The translations under genes were made by a program, and so were the position numbers. Of a stretch of 64,000 nucleotides of DNA, positions 16,239-25,714 are shown in pieces. The DNA lies in IMG/VR virus record IMGVR_UViG_3300036944_001324, positions 1-64,000 of that record; one strand, given 5' to 3'. The notes under the pieces were generated by a model. It was not told the origin of the DNA, did no database searches, and saw only the letters and a list, made by a program, of their open reading frames with translations. The first letter of the stretch is position 1; each line of letters starts with the position of its first letter.

Positions 16239-18959
16239 TTAATTCATGTCAGGGAACGAGAGGTCAATGCCTCCAAGGTCATCCCCACTTCCACCGCCGA
16301 GATCCCCACCGCCGTCGCCGGTAGACGTGTCAGACCCATCGGAGTCAGACGAGGTTGAACTATCACTACTTCCACCCATACCGGACTCTTCTGATTTCAG
16401 AGCGTTGATTTCAGTGTCAGTAGCTGCAGCAACGGGCGTTGTCTTTTCCAAAATACCCAAGATGCTCTTGGCCACCAGCTCGGTGTGTTGCGAGATGTCT
16501 GCCTTGATGTCAAATGCTGGTCGGCCTTCTTCACCAATCGTGATCATTTCAAACAACTCAGGCGTGATGCCGTTAGCCGACAACCACCGGCGCATGTAAG
16601 ATGCCTTGGTAGCACCTTTGAGTGCGTCCAGACGCTGGGCCGCAGCTTCACCGATGATGGATGCGTCCAGGGTGTCTGTAGAGATGAAGTAGTTGATGAC
16701 CTTGTCGTACAGCTGTTCGTGGGTATCAACTGCTTCCAGTTGAACCTGCATGGATTTCACGTCAGGTTTAGCGAGGCTCGCTGTGAAGTTCGACAAGAAC
16801 TCCATGGTCAGCATGTGAATGAGCAACGGCACATTGTCCTTGAGAGTTTGAATCTCTTCGGGCAAGTTATCTTGCTCTGTAATCAACTTGATGTTTTCCT
16901 CGATCACCTTCTTGATTTCAATCACGAAGGTACCATCAGAAGAAACCAGCTGACGGCTGAATTGCGTGATGAGAGGTTCGAACTTATCCTGGATAGTCCG
17001 AATGCGCTTGGCAAGAAGCAAGTGCGAAGAAGCAGAGATGGATGCGAACTCAGGACGAGCTGCATCATCAATGAGTTCAGGAGGAACACCTACGCCACCG
17101 AGAATACGCTTGCGCAGATCTTCATCGAGTGTTTCATCGAACGGTTGGTGTGTAGTGTTGGATTCGCTGAAGTCTACCTTGGTATCTGGCAGACCTGGGT
17201 TACCACTCGTGCGAAACTCCAGACCCATGGTCTGGACCTGGTTGAGAACGTCCGAAGGGTTGAGCGAACTCGCAGGGGAGATGTGTTGTGTGGCACGAAC
17301 CACTTCCGCGATCACCTGGTCACGGGTTGCTTGTGGATCTGGATCGTCTTCATCGATAGTCACATCGACGATGCGCCGACCAATTGCGTTCTTCACGGCA
17401 CCCATCACCCGAACGAACAGAATCTGAGCACGCATGGCGCCAAGAATACGGGTATCGTCCAACAGGCTCTTACCAGTACCGTCGTCGTTGTACTGGTACG
17501 CGAAATACGTCATCATCTCACGAGGAATGAACAACACCTGCGTGTTTTGTTTTGACAATGTCCGCGCCAGCATCAGGCGGTAGATTTCCTGATTGCTAGA
17601 GATGGTCACTTCGTTACCGAATACGCCGTTGCGCAAACGAGCCAGTAGATCAGCTTCTACCAAGTCCGCGTAAATACGCGAAGCCTGAGCGAACGTCACA
17701 TCGTCGCAACTACCGCCAAAAGCCTGGCTGGCTTTTTGCAACAAGAAGCTACTCATGTCGCCATTGGTCCCGCTGCCTGCGTTTTTACCAAAGTTACGCA
17801 TGCTGTCAAAATGGCTCTTGTGGTTCTTGCGGGATAATGGATTACCCTCGCTATCCAAGACCACGTAGTAACCCACGGGGTCTTCAGGACGACCAGGCGG
17901 GAAAGCAGGAATGACGCTTTCACTGGGTAGATGCAGGATCAATGGCTCGCCCACGGTGTAGCGCTTGATCTCGTTGCCAGTCTTTACCTTGACCAGCGGT
18001 ACATGTTTGCGACGGGTGTTGCGATAGAGCAATGAAGTCAACTCGCGATCGTTCATCTTCTTATTCATCAACCCGGGCGTCTGGTTTTTGGAAGACTCGA
18101 AGTTCTCCAAACCAAACCGCTTACCGTTCAACGTGATCTGAAGTTCTTCCCGCTGACGATCGATGATCTTGGGAAGTTTCAGTGCGTCTGGATTATCGGT
18201 AACCGTAAGACCGGGTACTTCAATCCCAACTGCCTCGTTGACAAACACAACCTTGCTAGGAGTCTGAAGCTTCGCATCGAAGCGCTCAGAAGCAACGAAG
18301 TTCTCTACGGAGAAGTTAACCGACTCCCCAGGTTTTTGCAAGCCCTTACCCAGATACCCAACGGGCTTGAACCGACCGTTAGGCTCCATGTGGGCACTGA
18401 GACTTTCTCGCGAGATGGAAGTGTCCCCGTTAATCAGGTCATCCACTGAGCTTTCAGGGATAACAGCCACGGCGTAAGAGCCAGATCCAAACAAAGCCTG
18501 CTTGAATACTTCCGGCATCTTGCCAAGAAGGTTGTACTTCTCAGACAGGTACGCTTTGACCATCGGGATCAGCGTAGCTTGCAATGGCTGGACGTGCAGA
18601 CCATCGTTAATTCCGAAGGACAGCTCTTCCGTGAACATGTCGTTGGGTGACATGATGGATGCGACCATAATTTCGCATGCCAGCTTCAGCTCGGGAAAGA
18701 GCTGCATTTGTGTTTCGGCGTCTGAATCCTTTTGAGAAACACTGGCCGAAATGTTCTGCAGCTCGGCCTGCAAAGGCACCTCTGGTGTGCGACGACCTTT
18801 GCTGTCGTGCATCGGTGGTCGCACCGCAGACTGCAGCTTTGTTATCTGCGCAACCAGACCTGGATTGGTGCGTGTCAAACTGAGTATGGCAGACTGCTCA
18901 CTCGATTGACGCGCCTGCACCAGATAACTCGCTGGCGACTTGTCATTTGTTGGACTCAT
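16239..18959 (-). CDS. Probable portal protein (phiKZ gp129-like)
   Basis: 906 aa; RKRILGGVGVPPELID...LAKRIRTIQDKF resembles the T4-type portal C-terminal motif; SRE, SVE and GLE processing motifs; Ser/Gly/Asp tail. Confidence 0.65.
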   Translation of the reverse strand: MSPTNDKSPASYLVQARQSSEQSAILSLTRTNPGLVAQITKLQSAVRPPMHDSKGRRTPEVPLQAELQNISASVSQKDSDAETQMQLFPELKLACEIMVASIMSPNDMFTEELSFGINDGLHVQPLQATLIPMVKAYLSEKYNLLGKMPEVFKQALFGSGSYAVAVIPESSVDDLINGDTSISRESLSAHMEPNGRFKPVGYLGKGLQKPGESVNFSVENFVASERFDAKLQTPSKVVFVNEAVGIEVPGLTVTDNPDALKLPKIIDRQREELQITLNGKRFGLENFESSKNQTPGLMNKKMNDRELTSLLYRNTRRKHVPLVKVKTGNEIKRYTVGEPLILHLPSESVIPAFPPGRPEDPVGYYVVLDSEGNPLSRKNHKSHFDSMRNFGKNAGSGTNGDMSSFLLQKASQAFGGSCDDVTFAQASRIYADLVEADLLARLRNGVFGNEVTISSNQEIYRLMLARTLSKQNTQVLFIPREMMTYFAYQYNDDGTGKSLLDDTRILGAMRAQILFVRVMGAVKNAIGRRIVDVTIDEDDPDPQATRDQVIAEVVRATQHISPASSLNPSDVLNQVQTMGLEFRTSGNPGLPDTKVDFSESNTTHQPFDETLDEDLRKRILGGVGVPPELIDDAARPEFASISASSHLLLAKRIRTIQDKFEPLITQFSRQLVSSDGTFVIEIKKVIEENIKLITEQDNLPEEIQTLKDNVPLLIHMLTMEFLSNFTASLAKPDVKSMQVQLEAVDTHEQLYDKVINYFISTDTLDASIIGEAAAQRLDALKGATKASYMRRWLSANGITPELFEMITIGEEGRPAFDIKADISQHTELVAKSILGILEKTTPVAAATDTEINALKSEESGMGGSSDSSTSSDSDGSDTSTGDGGGDLGGGSGDDLGGIDLSFPDMN

Positions 18960-19002
18960 CAGTGAAACCTTTTAGAAAATAAACTCGACAGACCTAGCAG
19001 CG

Positions 19003-19038
19003 AACATAAAAAGTCGCTAGGGCGACCATCTATGTTGT
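19003..19038. promoter_or_regulatory. Conserved-flank palindrome between divergent genes
   Basis: AACATAAAAAGTCGC-TAGG-GCGAC-CATC-TATGTTGT. Confidence 0.5.
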
Positions 19039-19096
19039 TTTTGCAATTCAGTCACCAACACAAGGGACCGTCATTATTCCCATGGAGAATTAGCTC

Positions 19097-22000
19097 GTGA
19101 GCATCAATCACCATAAGCTCTATTTGAACAATGTCTTTGCCTTGGCAGGGACTTTGGTCGTTAAATCAAAGTATTCAGCCGAGCGCATTAATAATCGACT
19201 GATCGCTTTGTACGGAGCGTCGGCGGTTGATAGCAATCAACCGGCTACCTGGAAATACTATTTGAACATCTGCGGGAACTACCATCCCACAGACCCACAG
19301 ATCACAATTCGATCTTTGGACACTTTGCAGTACATTGCGTTCACCAAGACCAACTTGATGACCCACACTGCTACGGCCCGTGCTTATCAGTACGGAAGCC
19401 GGTACTATCGTGAGTTGCTCGCACAGTATCCTGACCACGAAAACCTCATCCTTGGGATTCTCTATCCGGCAACTATGAGTCAGGTGCTCGATGCACCTGA
19501 TTTTTCTGTAGTGGCCTATCCCAGTCATTTGGTAGAGTCCAATGAGGAAAGCCTCATTCGGAACATCAACACGTGGCTTGAAAAGTTCTACCACCGATGG
19601 AACGTCAGTGCGTTTCACCTGACTGATGAGCTCTACGGTGCCTCTCTCTTAGGCGTCATGTACAGCCAGCTGGTCCCGCTGATTCTCAGTCTGCGTCAGC
19701 GCGCTTGCAAAACGCCAGAAGTGCACAGCTACCATGTTCGGCAATACCTTGCCTCCCACGGAATGCTGGATGTCTACCTGTCGCAGATGACCCAAAAGCA
19801 AGCACTGTTCTTTTACCGGAACATCAGCTACATCGAACGCCACAGTGGCAAGGTCTCCACCTTCGAATGGCTGACTGAGAAAGTGCTTACAGACCGCGGT
19901 CTGCCGCTCGTAGAATACGAGATGCGGCATGAGACGACCGACATGCCTGAAGAGCTCACACCCAAAGTGGTGTTCTCGACCAACCCACTCAACCGTATCG
20001 GCTCTAAGAGCACGACCGGTATTTCCACGGCAGCCATCATGGCCAAGGAAATCGCAGTTGCTTCTGGGAACTTCGAACGTATCGCTATTTCCTCTGGACC
20101 GACCGAGCGTAATCTTAAATACTCTCTGCAAGGCAAGGTAAAGACCAAGGTTCTTGAATCCTCACTGGTTCAAAACGCCGACAGCAGCACACAGTCCATT
20201 CAAGAGACCGCCTTGTCTCTGTGGGGTTACATGGCAGCCACCGGCAGGTACGCCATCTACACGCGTGTGAAAAACCCGATCACGGGCGAAGAGCTCACGC
20301 TGTCGATGCTCCAGGCTTACCATTACTTCTTTTACGCGTATTGCATGGTGCATGCCCGGCCACTGCAAACAGTCCCGTTGGTTTACGCACAATTCGTTCC
20401 GCGTATTCCGCCACCCACGCTTTCCGAAGTATTGAACAACGTCGACACTGGTTACGTCTCAGAAGACAAGATCATCGAGCTGATGAGTTTGAACACGACG
20501 CTCTCGTCGTTCGTCAACACCGAGATGTTTAAAGAAGGCTGCCAACAAGTCTTCACCAGTATAAATCAGCAAGCCACGCTGGTCGCGCAAGAAGAGCACT
20601 TCTATTCTCGCGGTCTGATGCACGGCGCTTTTGCCAAGCAGTATTCCGATTACCTGCTGACAACCTCAGAAACAGGCGAGGACATTAAGGCGTACTTCTC
20701 GTCCATAGACATCCCGACAACAGGCTTCTCTGATTTGGAATGGCAGCAGATCTACTTGGATCTGTTCCAGGCATGCACAGGCTTTGATATGCAAGCCGCT
20801 ATCCAAACCTCGGACCTGCAAAAAGCGATGGTTCGCTTGATGACCCAACTGTCATCTTACTCCGTTCAGTTCGTTTCTGAGTTGTCAGGAAGTAGCATCC
20901 GAAGCTTGAACTGGGCAGCCATTCGTCTTGGCGATAACTCTGGAGCTTCTCGAAGCTACTTTGAAATCATCACCAACATGCTTGAAGTCTTCAAGCTCAC
21001 AAGTGATGTTCACATGTACGTTCCGGTGCCAGTGCTACCGACGTCCAACGGCTTTTCTTTCAAGTCACCTAACTACTACCTCGGGATGCTAGAGATCCCA
21101 GTGAATGTTAGCTCTGATTCCAACAATAACAATGCCCGCCACGAGGTCATTATCCACGTTGCTGGTGTTGATCTGGACGATCGTTTCGACGCCAACGCAT
21201 CGACAGAAATCCCAAGCTGGGAAGCTTTCCAGACCATGACGGATGCGGAGATCGCGCAGATCCCGGACATCTACACGTGGGAATGCCGTCAACCACCTAT
21301 CGTGCCGACCAAGATCAACATCAACGATGTTGTTCACAATAGCGCATTGTCCAGCTTTACGAAGCTGACCAAACCTTCAGTAATCTTGCCTTCGTGGAAA
21401 GCTTACTGGGGTCCCAAGAACATGCGTTACTTCTCAGACGAAAACTCAGTGATCGTTCTGGAAGGTATTTGGTATTACGGTGGTCAAAACCAAATCGAAT
21501 CGTTCATGCCGACCATCGGTCGCAGTCTGGTAGAAAGTTTCACGTATGCCGGTGGAACTGACATCAATGTGACGATAGGGTACTACGACTACACTGGTGG
21601 ACCACTGAGGACCATCAACTTCGCACCGGGTTCTACCCCTGGTGATATGGACATCGGTGTTATCGGGCAGCTGCCGCAGGCCATTGAACTTGAATTGACT
21701 AACGGAGTTAACATCTTCGAGTCGATTACGTTCAACAACACCAAGGTCGATTACGCAGACATTGTGATGGTACCGTTCCACAACACGTACCAGTTCCAGT
21801 TCACCTACAAGAGTGACGACCACGACGTCGGAACGCTCAGCAACTTCACCAACGTGCCGGTCCTTGCTTTCTACGAGATGGCACCTCGTCTGGTGCTCGC
21901 GCCGTTCCTGTCGCAGTACCAGTCAGTTGATTTGACGTTCTTCACCGGTGACGTTAACGTCTACCATTTGCTGCCTCTCTATCAGCACTTCATTGCGGAT

Positions 22001-22204
22001 GGCCCATCACTTCAAGGTTGGGGCGCTGTCGATTTGGACGTGACCCAAGTTGATCCAGTACCTGCTAACCAACCACCTGTTGATGAAGGTGTGGTCTTCA
22101 CTACGTCGGGACCAGCTGCTATTGATGGCTTCGTCTTTGCATCGCCTGGCCCTGCCGTGATTGATCTGGACTTTGAAGCAACGATGGCTACTTTGCCACC
22201 GTAA
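19097..22204 (+). CDS. Large virion structural protein (baseplate/tail candidate)
   Basis: 1035 aa; WKYYLNICG.YH, HSYH..QYLASHG, ALF.YRNI.YI..H.GK..TF..L-type jumbo-phage motifs; beta-rich C-terminal extension. Confidence 0.65.
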   Translation: MSINHHKLYLNNVFALAGTLVVKSKYSAERINNRLIALYGASAVDSNQPATWKYYLNICGNYHPTDPQITIRSLDTLQYIAFTKTNLMTHTATARAYQYGSRYYRELLAQYPDHENLILGILYPATMSQVLDAPDFSVVAYPSHLVESNEESLIRNINTWLEKFYHRWNVSAFHLTDELYGASLLGVMYSQLVPLILSLRQRACKTPEVHSYHVRQYLASHGMLDVYLSQMTQKQALFFYRNISYIERHSGKVSTFEWLTEKVLTDRGLPLVEYEMRHETTDMPEELTPKVVFSTNPLNRIGSKSTTGISTAAIMAKEIAVASGNFERIAISSGPTERNLKYSLQGKVKTKVLESSLVQNADSSTQSIQETALSLWGYMAATGRYAIYTRVKNPITGEELTLSMLQAYHYFFYAYCMVHARPLQTVPLVYAQFVPRIPPPTLSEVLNNVDTGYVSEDKIIELMSLNTTLSSFVNTEMFKEGCQQVFTSINQQATLVAQEEHFYSRGLMHGAFAKQYSDYLLTTSETGEDIKAYFSSIDIPTTGFSDLEWQQIYLDLFQACTGFDMQAAIQTSDLQKAMVRLMTQLSSYSVQFVSELSGSSIRSLNWAAIRLGDNSGASRSYFEIITNMLEVFKLTSDVHMYVPVPVLPTSNGFSFKSPNYYLGMLEIPVNVSSDSNNNNARHEVIIHVAGVDLDDRFDANASTEIPSWEAFQTMTDAEIAQIPDIYTWECRQPPIVPTKININDVVHNSALSSFTKLTKPSVILPSWKAYWGPKNMRYFSDENSVIVLEGIWYYGGQNQIESFMPTIGRSLVESFTYAGGTDINVTIGYYDYTGGPLRTINFAPGSTPGDMDIGVIGQLPQAIELELTNGVNIFESITFNNTKVDYADIVMVPFHNTYQFQFTYKSDDHDVGTLSNFTNVPVLAFYEMAPRLVLAPFLSQYQSVDLTFFTGDVNVYHLLPLYQHFIADGPSLQGWGAVDLDVTQVDPVPANQPPVDEGVVFTTSGPAAIDGFVFASPGPAVIDLDFEATMATLPP

Positions 22205-22364
22205 AAAACAACACTCACTATTCGAACAGGTGAAAATCCTGTAGCTAAATCGCACGCTCCTTAATCTTCGCCAGAAAGAGGGGTGTGCGTTATCGGTTTC
22301 ATCAACTCTTTTTCAAGAAAGGCGACATCCGTTAAAATACGGATGGTCCTTTACAGAAACAATC

Positions 22365-23210
22365 ATGGAAATTTTTCGTCGAACACTCTACGGTGGTGGG
22401 GCGCAAGTCGCGCAGCTTCTGCAGATCCCTCTGCCAATTTTGGTGAACTCCACACTCAACGAACGCCTGGGCATTCAGCAGGCTGCAACGTTGGGTCCTA
22501 CCGAACGTCCGGCGTTGCGTTACTTCACGCTCGGCATCGGTGGTCACGGCGCAACCACCGGTGTTGGGAATCTCCCACTCATCCAGTCGCTGCAGCACTC
22601 GTCCAGTCACTCGGGCCACTATCGCCAACTCCCGTTCGTGATGCGTACCGTTGGCAACGACATCACGGCCATCGAACGCGAGCGTTACGCCCTGCGCCGT
22701 ATCGAGACGATTGGCGGCGTTGACTACATCGTCTACTACGCTCGCCGTATCGACACCTCTGGTGCGCAGATCAAGTTCCAACGCCGCACAGTCGTGGGTT
22801 CAGTCACGACCGTTGAAGACTTCGTTCCAAGCGCTGCCGATCTGAACCCAGATCCACCAGACCTCAGCAACGGCGGTGTCAACACCACCGACGGCGTCTT
22901 CCTGATTGCCAGTTGCAAACTGGAAATCGTTCTGGACAGTTTCGACATCACTGAAATCCTGAACGCCGCCATCATCCTGTACAACTCCGAAGACTACGCC
23001 TTCGTCTCGGAAATCGGCCTGGTGACTGGCGTTGACCGTATGGTCCCGACCAATGACGGTGCAGGCGGCAGCTTCTCGTTCAACGAAGCGGTGTGCGCTC
23101 AGATCTTCACCCATGTGAACGCAATGCAGCCTCTCAAGAGTCAGCGTGACGGTCTCACCCTGACCTATGACGTAGGCACCAACGAGCCTTTGTTCGCTCT
23201 TCAGCCGTAA
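22365..23210 (+). CDS. Virion structural protein
   Basis: YF.LGIGGH, LPFV.R...DI...ER..YALR, YYARRI, EIGLV.G.D; strong codon bias. Confidence 0.65.
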   Translation: MEIFRRTLYGGGAQVAQLLQIPLPILVNSTLNERLGIQQAATLGPTERPALRYFTLGIGGHGATTGVGNLPLIQSLQHSSSHSGHYRQLPFVMRTVGNDITAIERERYALRRIETIGGVDYIVYYARRIDTSGAQIKFQRRTVVGSVTTVEDFVPSAADLNPDPPDLSNGGVNTTDGVFLIASCKLEIVLDSFDITEILNAAIILYNSEDYAFVSEIGLVTGVDRMVPTNDGAGGSFSFNEAVCAQIFTHVNAMQPLKSQRDGLTLTYDVGTNEPLFALQP

Positions 23211-23211
23211 A

Positions 23212-23361
23212 CATCGGGATTAGGTACTTTTTATAAGAGTACCCTACATCCGATGGTGACTCGCGTCAAGGGTCTCGATCCCTCGCCACCAACAGTTACC
23301 TACCGTCCTTGACATCCCACAAGTGGAATCTTGGTGCGGTAGGTGACTGCCTTTATGCCGT
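23212..23361 (+). other. Multi-hairpin intergenic structure ending in CTTTATGCCGT
   Basis: Stems 23212-23255, 23254-23288 and CAGTTACCTACCG/CGGTAGGTGACTG (23293-23349). Confidence 0.5.
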
Positions 23362-23377
23362 TTTGATTAATCCGTTT

Positions 23378-24001
23378 ATGTTACAGCTCGCCCAAGAGGG
23401 ACCCGATCATTTCTTTATTGTTGGTATCGACCCAGGCTCTACCACAATGGGGGTAGCTGCATTAGCGGTTCGTATCAGCGATCTTGAACTTCTGCGCATC
23501 GATTCATTCACGATCGATGCCAATAAACCATGTGGCGGTAAACCATACCCGTCCTCCCTGGAAGAAACCTACCCAGCCCGTTCTGTTCGCATGCTGGAAA
23601 TATCAAGGCGTCTTGCCAACACCTTTGATTACTACACACCTCTACAGATAGCGTGTGAAACCCCATTCTACAATCCTCGCAATCCCAACGCCTATGGTGT
23701 TTTGGTGGAGGTTGTTAAAACAGTAGAAAACGCAGTGCGTGATTGGAATCCATGGAGACCTCTGTACCGCATTGAATCAACTGCTGCTAAAAAGTCTGTT
23801 TCCCCAACTGACGAGGATGAACGCAAGCGCCTTCGCCTCATCAAAGACAGCAAAGAACGCATCAAAGAAACAGTTCGTATCTTTCCACCTTTGCAATTCC
23901 TTGACCTGAGCAAAATGTCAGAACACGAAATCGACGCAGTTGTTGTCGGTTACTGTCAATTGCTCAGACTGAGGAATCGTGATTTCACGGTCAGTCCATA
24001 A
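23378..24001 (+). CDS. ruvC: RuvC-like Holliday junction resolvase (start revised from 23309)
   Basis: IVGIDPGSTTMG, IACETPF, HEIDAVVVG acidic catalytic pattern. Confidence 0.8.
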   Translation: MLQLAQEGPDHFFIVGIDPGSTTMGVAALAVRISDLELLRIDSFTIDANKPCGGKPYPSSLEETYPARSVRMLEISRRLANTFDYYTPLQIACETPFYNPRNPNAYGVLVEVVKTVENAVRDWNPWRPLYRIESTAAKKSVSPTDEDERKRLRLIKDSKERIKETVRIFPPLQFLDLSKMSEHEIDAVVVGYCQLLRLRNRDFTVSP

Positions 24002-24019
24002 TTAGCATTCGAGATCAAC

Positions 24020-24598
24020 ATGTCCGATACCAACGTATTCACCTCGTATATCCTCAAACTGGCCAAAGAGAACTTGGCCAAGCTCGTGTTTTATGTCATC
24101 GCTGCCATCCTCGCCATTTCGTTTCTGAAGTGGTTGATCTTTGGTGGTTTCAGTATCTTGTTCTCTGGCTTCTTCAAGCTCATCGGCTTGGGCGGTCATG
24201 ACGACAAGGACACCATCCAAGAACAAGGTGTCGCCATTGTTCAGCTTGAACAGGCTAACAATACAAACACTACAACCATTGACACGCTTAAGCAGTCCAA
24301 CGAGATTGCTCAAGAATCCCTGCAAAATCATTACGAAAGCCAAGCCAAGACCACGGCAGCATTCAATGAAGTACGCAACAAGGGCCAGAAGGCCTTTAAT
24401 GAGGCCAACAAGGGCTCTAAAACAAAGAAGCCAGGGGGTAGTGGCACCTCTACCGATAAAACGCCTTCTGAAGCTGTAGACGAACCCAGTCCGTTGGACG
24501 ACTCACAGTCACCCGAGAGCTTGCAGCTTGCTGCGGCTCAATACACCATGCTCACTGAGGCATATTGCCTCGCATCTCCGGGCACTTGCGCTAACTGA
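24020..24598 (+). CDS. Probable inner-membrane spanin (i-spanin)
   Basis: N-terminal TM segment, coiled-coil, C-terminal Cys pair (YCLASPGTC); directly upstream of a lipoprotein. Confidence 0.6.
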   Translation: MSDTNVFTSYILKLAKENLAKLVFYVIAAILAISFLKWLIFGGFSILFSGFFKLIGLGGHDDKDTIQEQGVAIVQLEQANNTNTTTIDTLKQSNEIAQESLQNHYESQAKTTAAFNEVRNKGQKAFNEANKGSKTKKPGGSGTSTDKTPSEAVDEPSPLDDSQSPESLQLAAAQYTMLTEAYCLASPGTCAN

Positions 24599-24641
24599 CG
24601 CAGTGCATCATTTCTCCAATCCTCTTTAAGGAACATTTTTC

Positions 24642-24983
24642 ATGAAGTCTATCTACCGAACCTTCCTTCTGTTGGTGATGATGGTTGTGACTGCTGCCCT
24701 CGTCGGCTGCGGGACACGCGAGCGTATTGTCACCGCCAAAGAAACCACCACCACGGTGCTCAGTGCACCGAAGAAGTACACCACCAACACGGTGGTTCCG
24801 TCCCCACCGTTCACAAAGCTCCAGTACGACTCCGGAACGTGGCCGCAGCGAGCCCAGTACAACGCCGATCTGAACGTCTTGTTGTATGGAGCCATCGGCC
24901 AGTGCAACGCCGACAAGGCCTCCTTGCGTGACTGGGAGATCAAAGAAAAAGCCAATATCGAGAAAGCGAATAAGGCAAAGTAA
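24642..24983 (+). CDS. Probable outer-membrane lipoprotein spanin (o-spanin)
   Basis: Signal peptide with lipobox LVGC, Pro-rich segment, LLYGAIGQCNADKASLRDW. Confidence 0.72.
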   Translation: MKSIYRTFLLLVMMVVTAALVGCGTRERIVTAKETTTTVLSAPKKYTTNTVVPSPPFTKLQYDSGTWPQRAQYNADLNVLLYGAIGQCNADKASLRDWEIKEKANIEKANKAK

Positions 24984-25567
24984 TGACCAACCCGGCCCTC
25001 GAACTGGCGCGACAACGCGCTCAAGAAGACGCACAGCAAGGCGTTACGACGAACTCCATCCGCATGCCTGGCGGCGTTCGTCAATCCCCCACTGACTGGG
25101 GCGCCCTGCGTGGTCCTTCTGACCCCAACGCTGACGGAGGTATCTCCGTTGTTTCTCTCCCGTCAATCGCGGGTTACGAAATCGACGATGGTGGTCTTGG
25201 CGCTGAAGTGCATCCCGGCGACCAGCCCTACAAACAACTCCTTGCCAAACCTCGTGACGAGTTGACGCAAGAAGAACGTGACCTGGTGTATGACAAGCTC
25301 GTTGAAAAAGAACGTGCCTGGCAGGCCCAGCGCGACGCTATCGCGCTTGAGCATGACAAGTTCAACCTGCACAAAAGCAAGAGCACTTTCGATCTGGTGA
25401 AGAAGTTCGCCATTGGGTTCGGCGTTCTGGCCGCTGCTGGTTTCACTTCCCTCATCGGCCTTCTGGTTTGGGTCTCCGTCAAAAAGACGGATTTCACCGA
25501 TACCAGTGTGATCACTTCGATCCTGAACACTTTCAGCGCATTCTTCAACACCTTGGCCAGCATGTGA
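24983..25567 (+). CDS. Membrane protein, holin-like candidate
   Basis: C-terminal TM helix FAIGFGVLAAAGFTSLIGLLVWVSV plus an amphipathic tail; one-base stop/start overlap with the o-spanin. Confidence 0.45.
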   Translation: MTNPALELARQRAQEDAQQGVTTNSIRMPGGVRQSPTDWGALRGPSDPNADGGISVVSLPSIAGYEIDDGGLGAEVHPGDQPYKQLLAKPRDELTQEERDLVYDKLVEKERAWQAQRDAIALEHDKFNLHKSKSTFDLVKKFAIGFGVLAAAGFTSLIGLLVWVSVKKTDFTDTSVITSILNTFSAFFNTLASM

Positions 25568-25644
25568 CGATTAAGACACAGATCCCAATCCTGTGTCTTG
25601 AACCATTGTCGCTTGTGTTGAAATCACGTTAACGTGAACATCAC

Positions 25645-25679
25645 AGAAGCCTCTCGAAAGGGAGGCTTCTTTATGTCGT
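25645..25679 (+). terminator. Hairpin with conserved 3' flank
   Basis: AGAAGCCTCTC-GAAA-GGGAGGCTTCT-TTATGTCGT. Confidence 0.75.
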
Positions 25680-25714
25680 CTGGTTCTTTGTTTATCTTTC
25701 TCATTTCTCACCCC

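Noticed and set aside
23254-23291. Possible tRNA gene (ends CGCCACCA with a T-loop-like arm)
   Set aside because: It has no D or anticodon arm, and the acceptor stem is only about 5 bp. Kept only as a structured-region finding.
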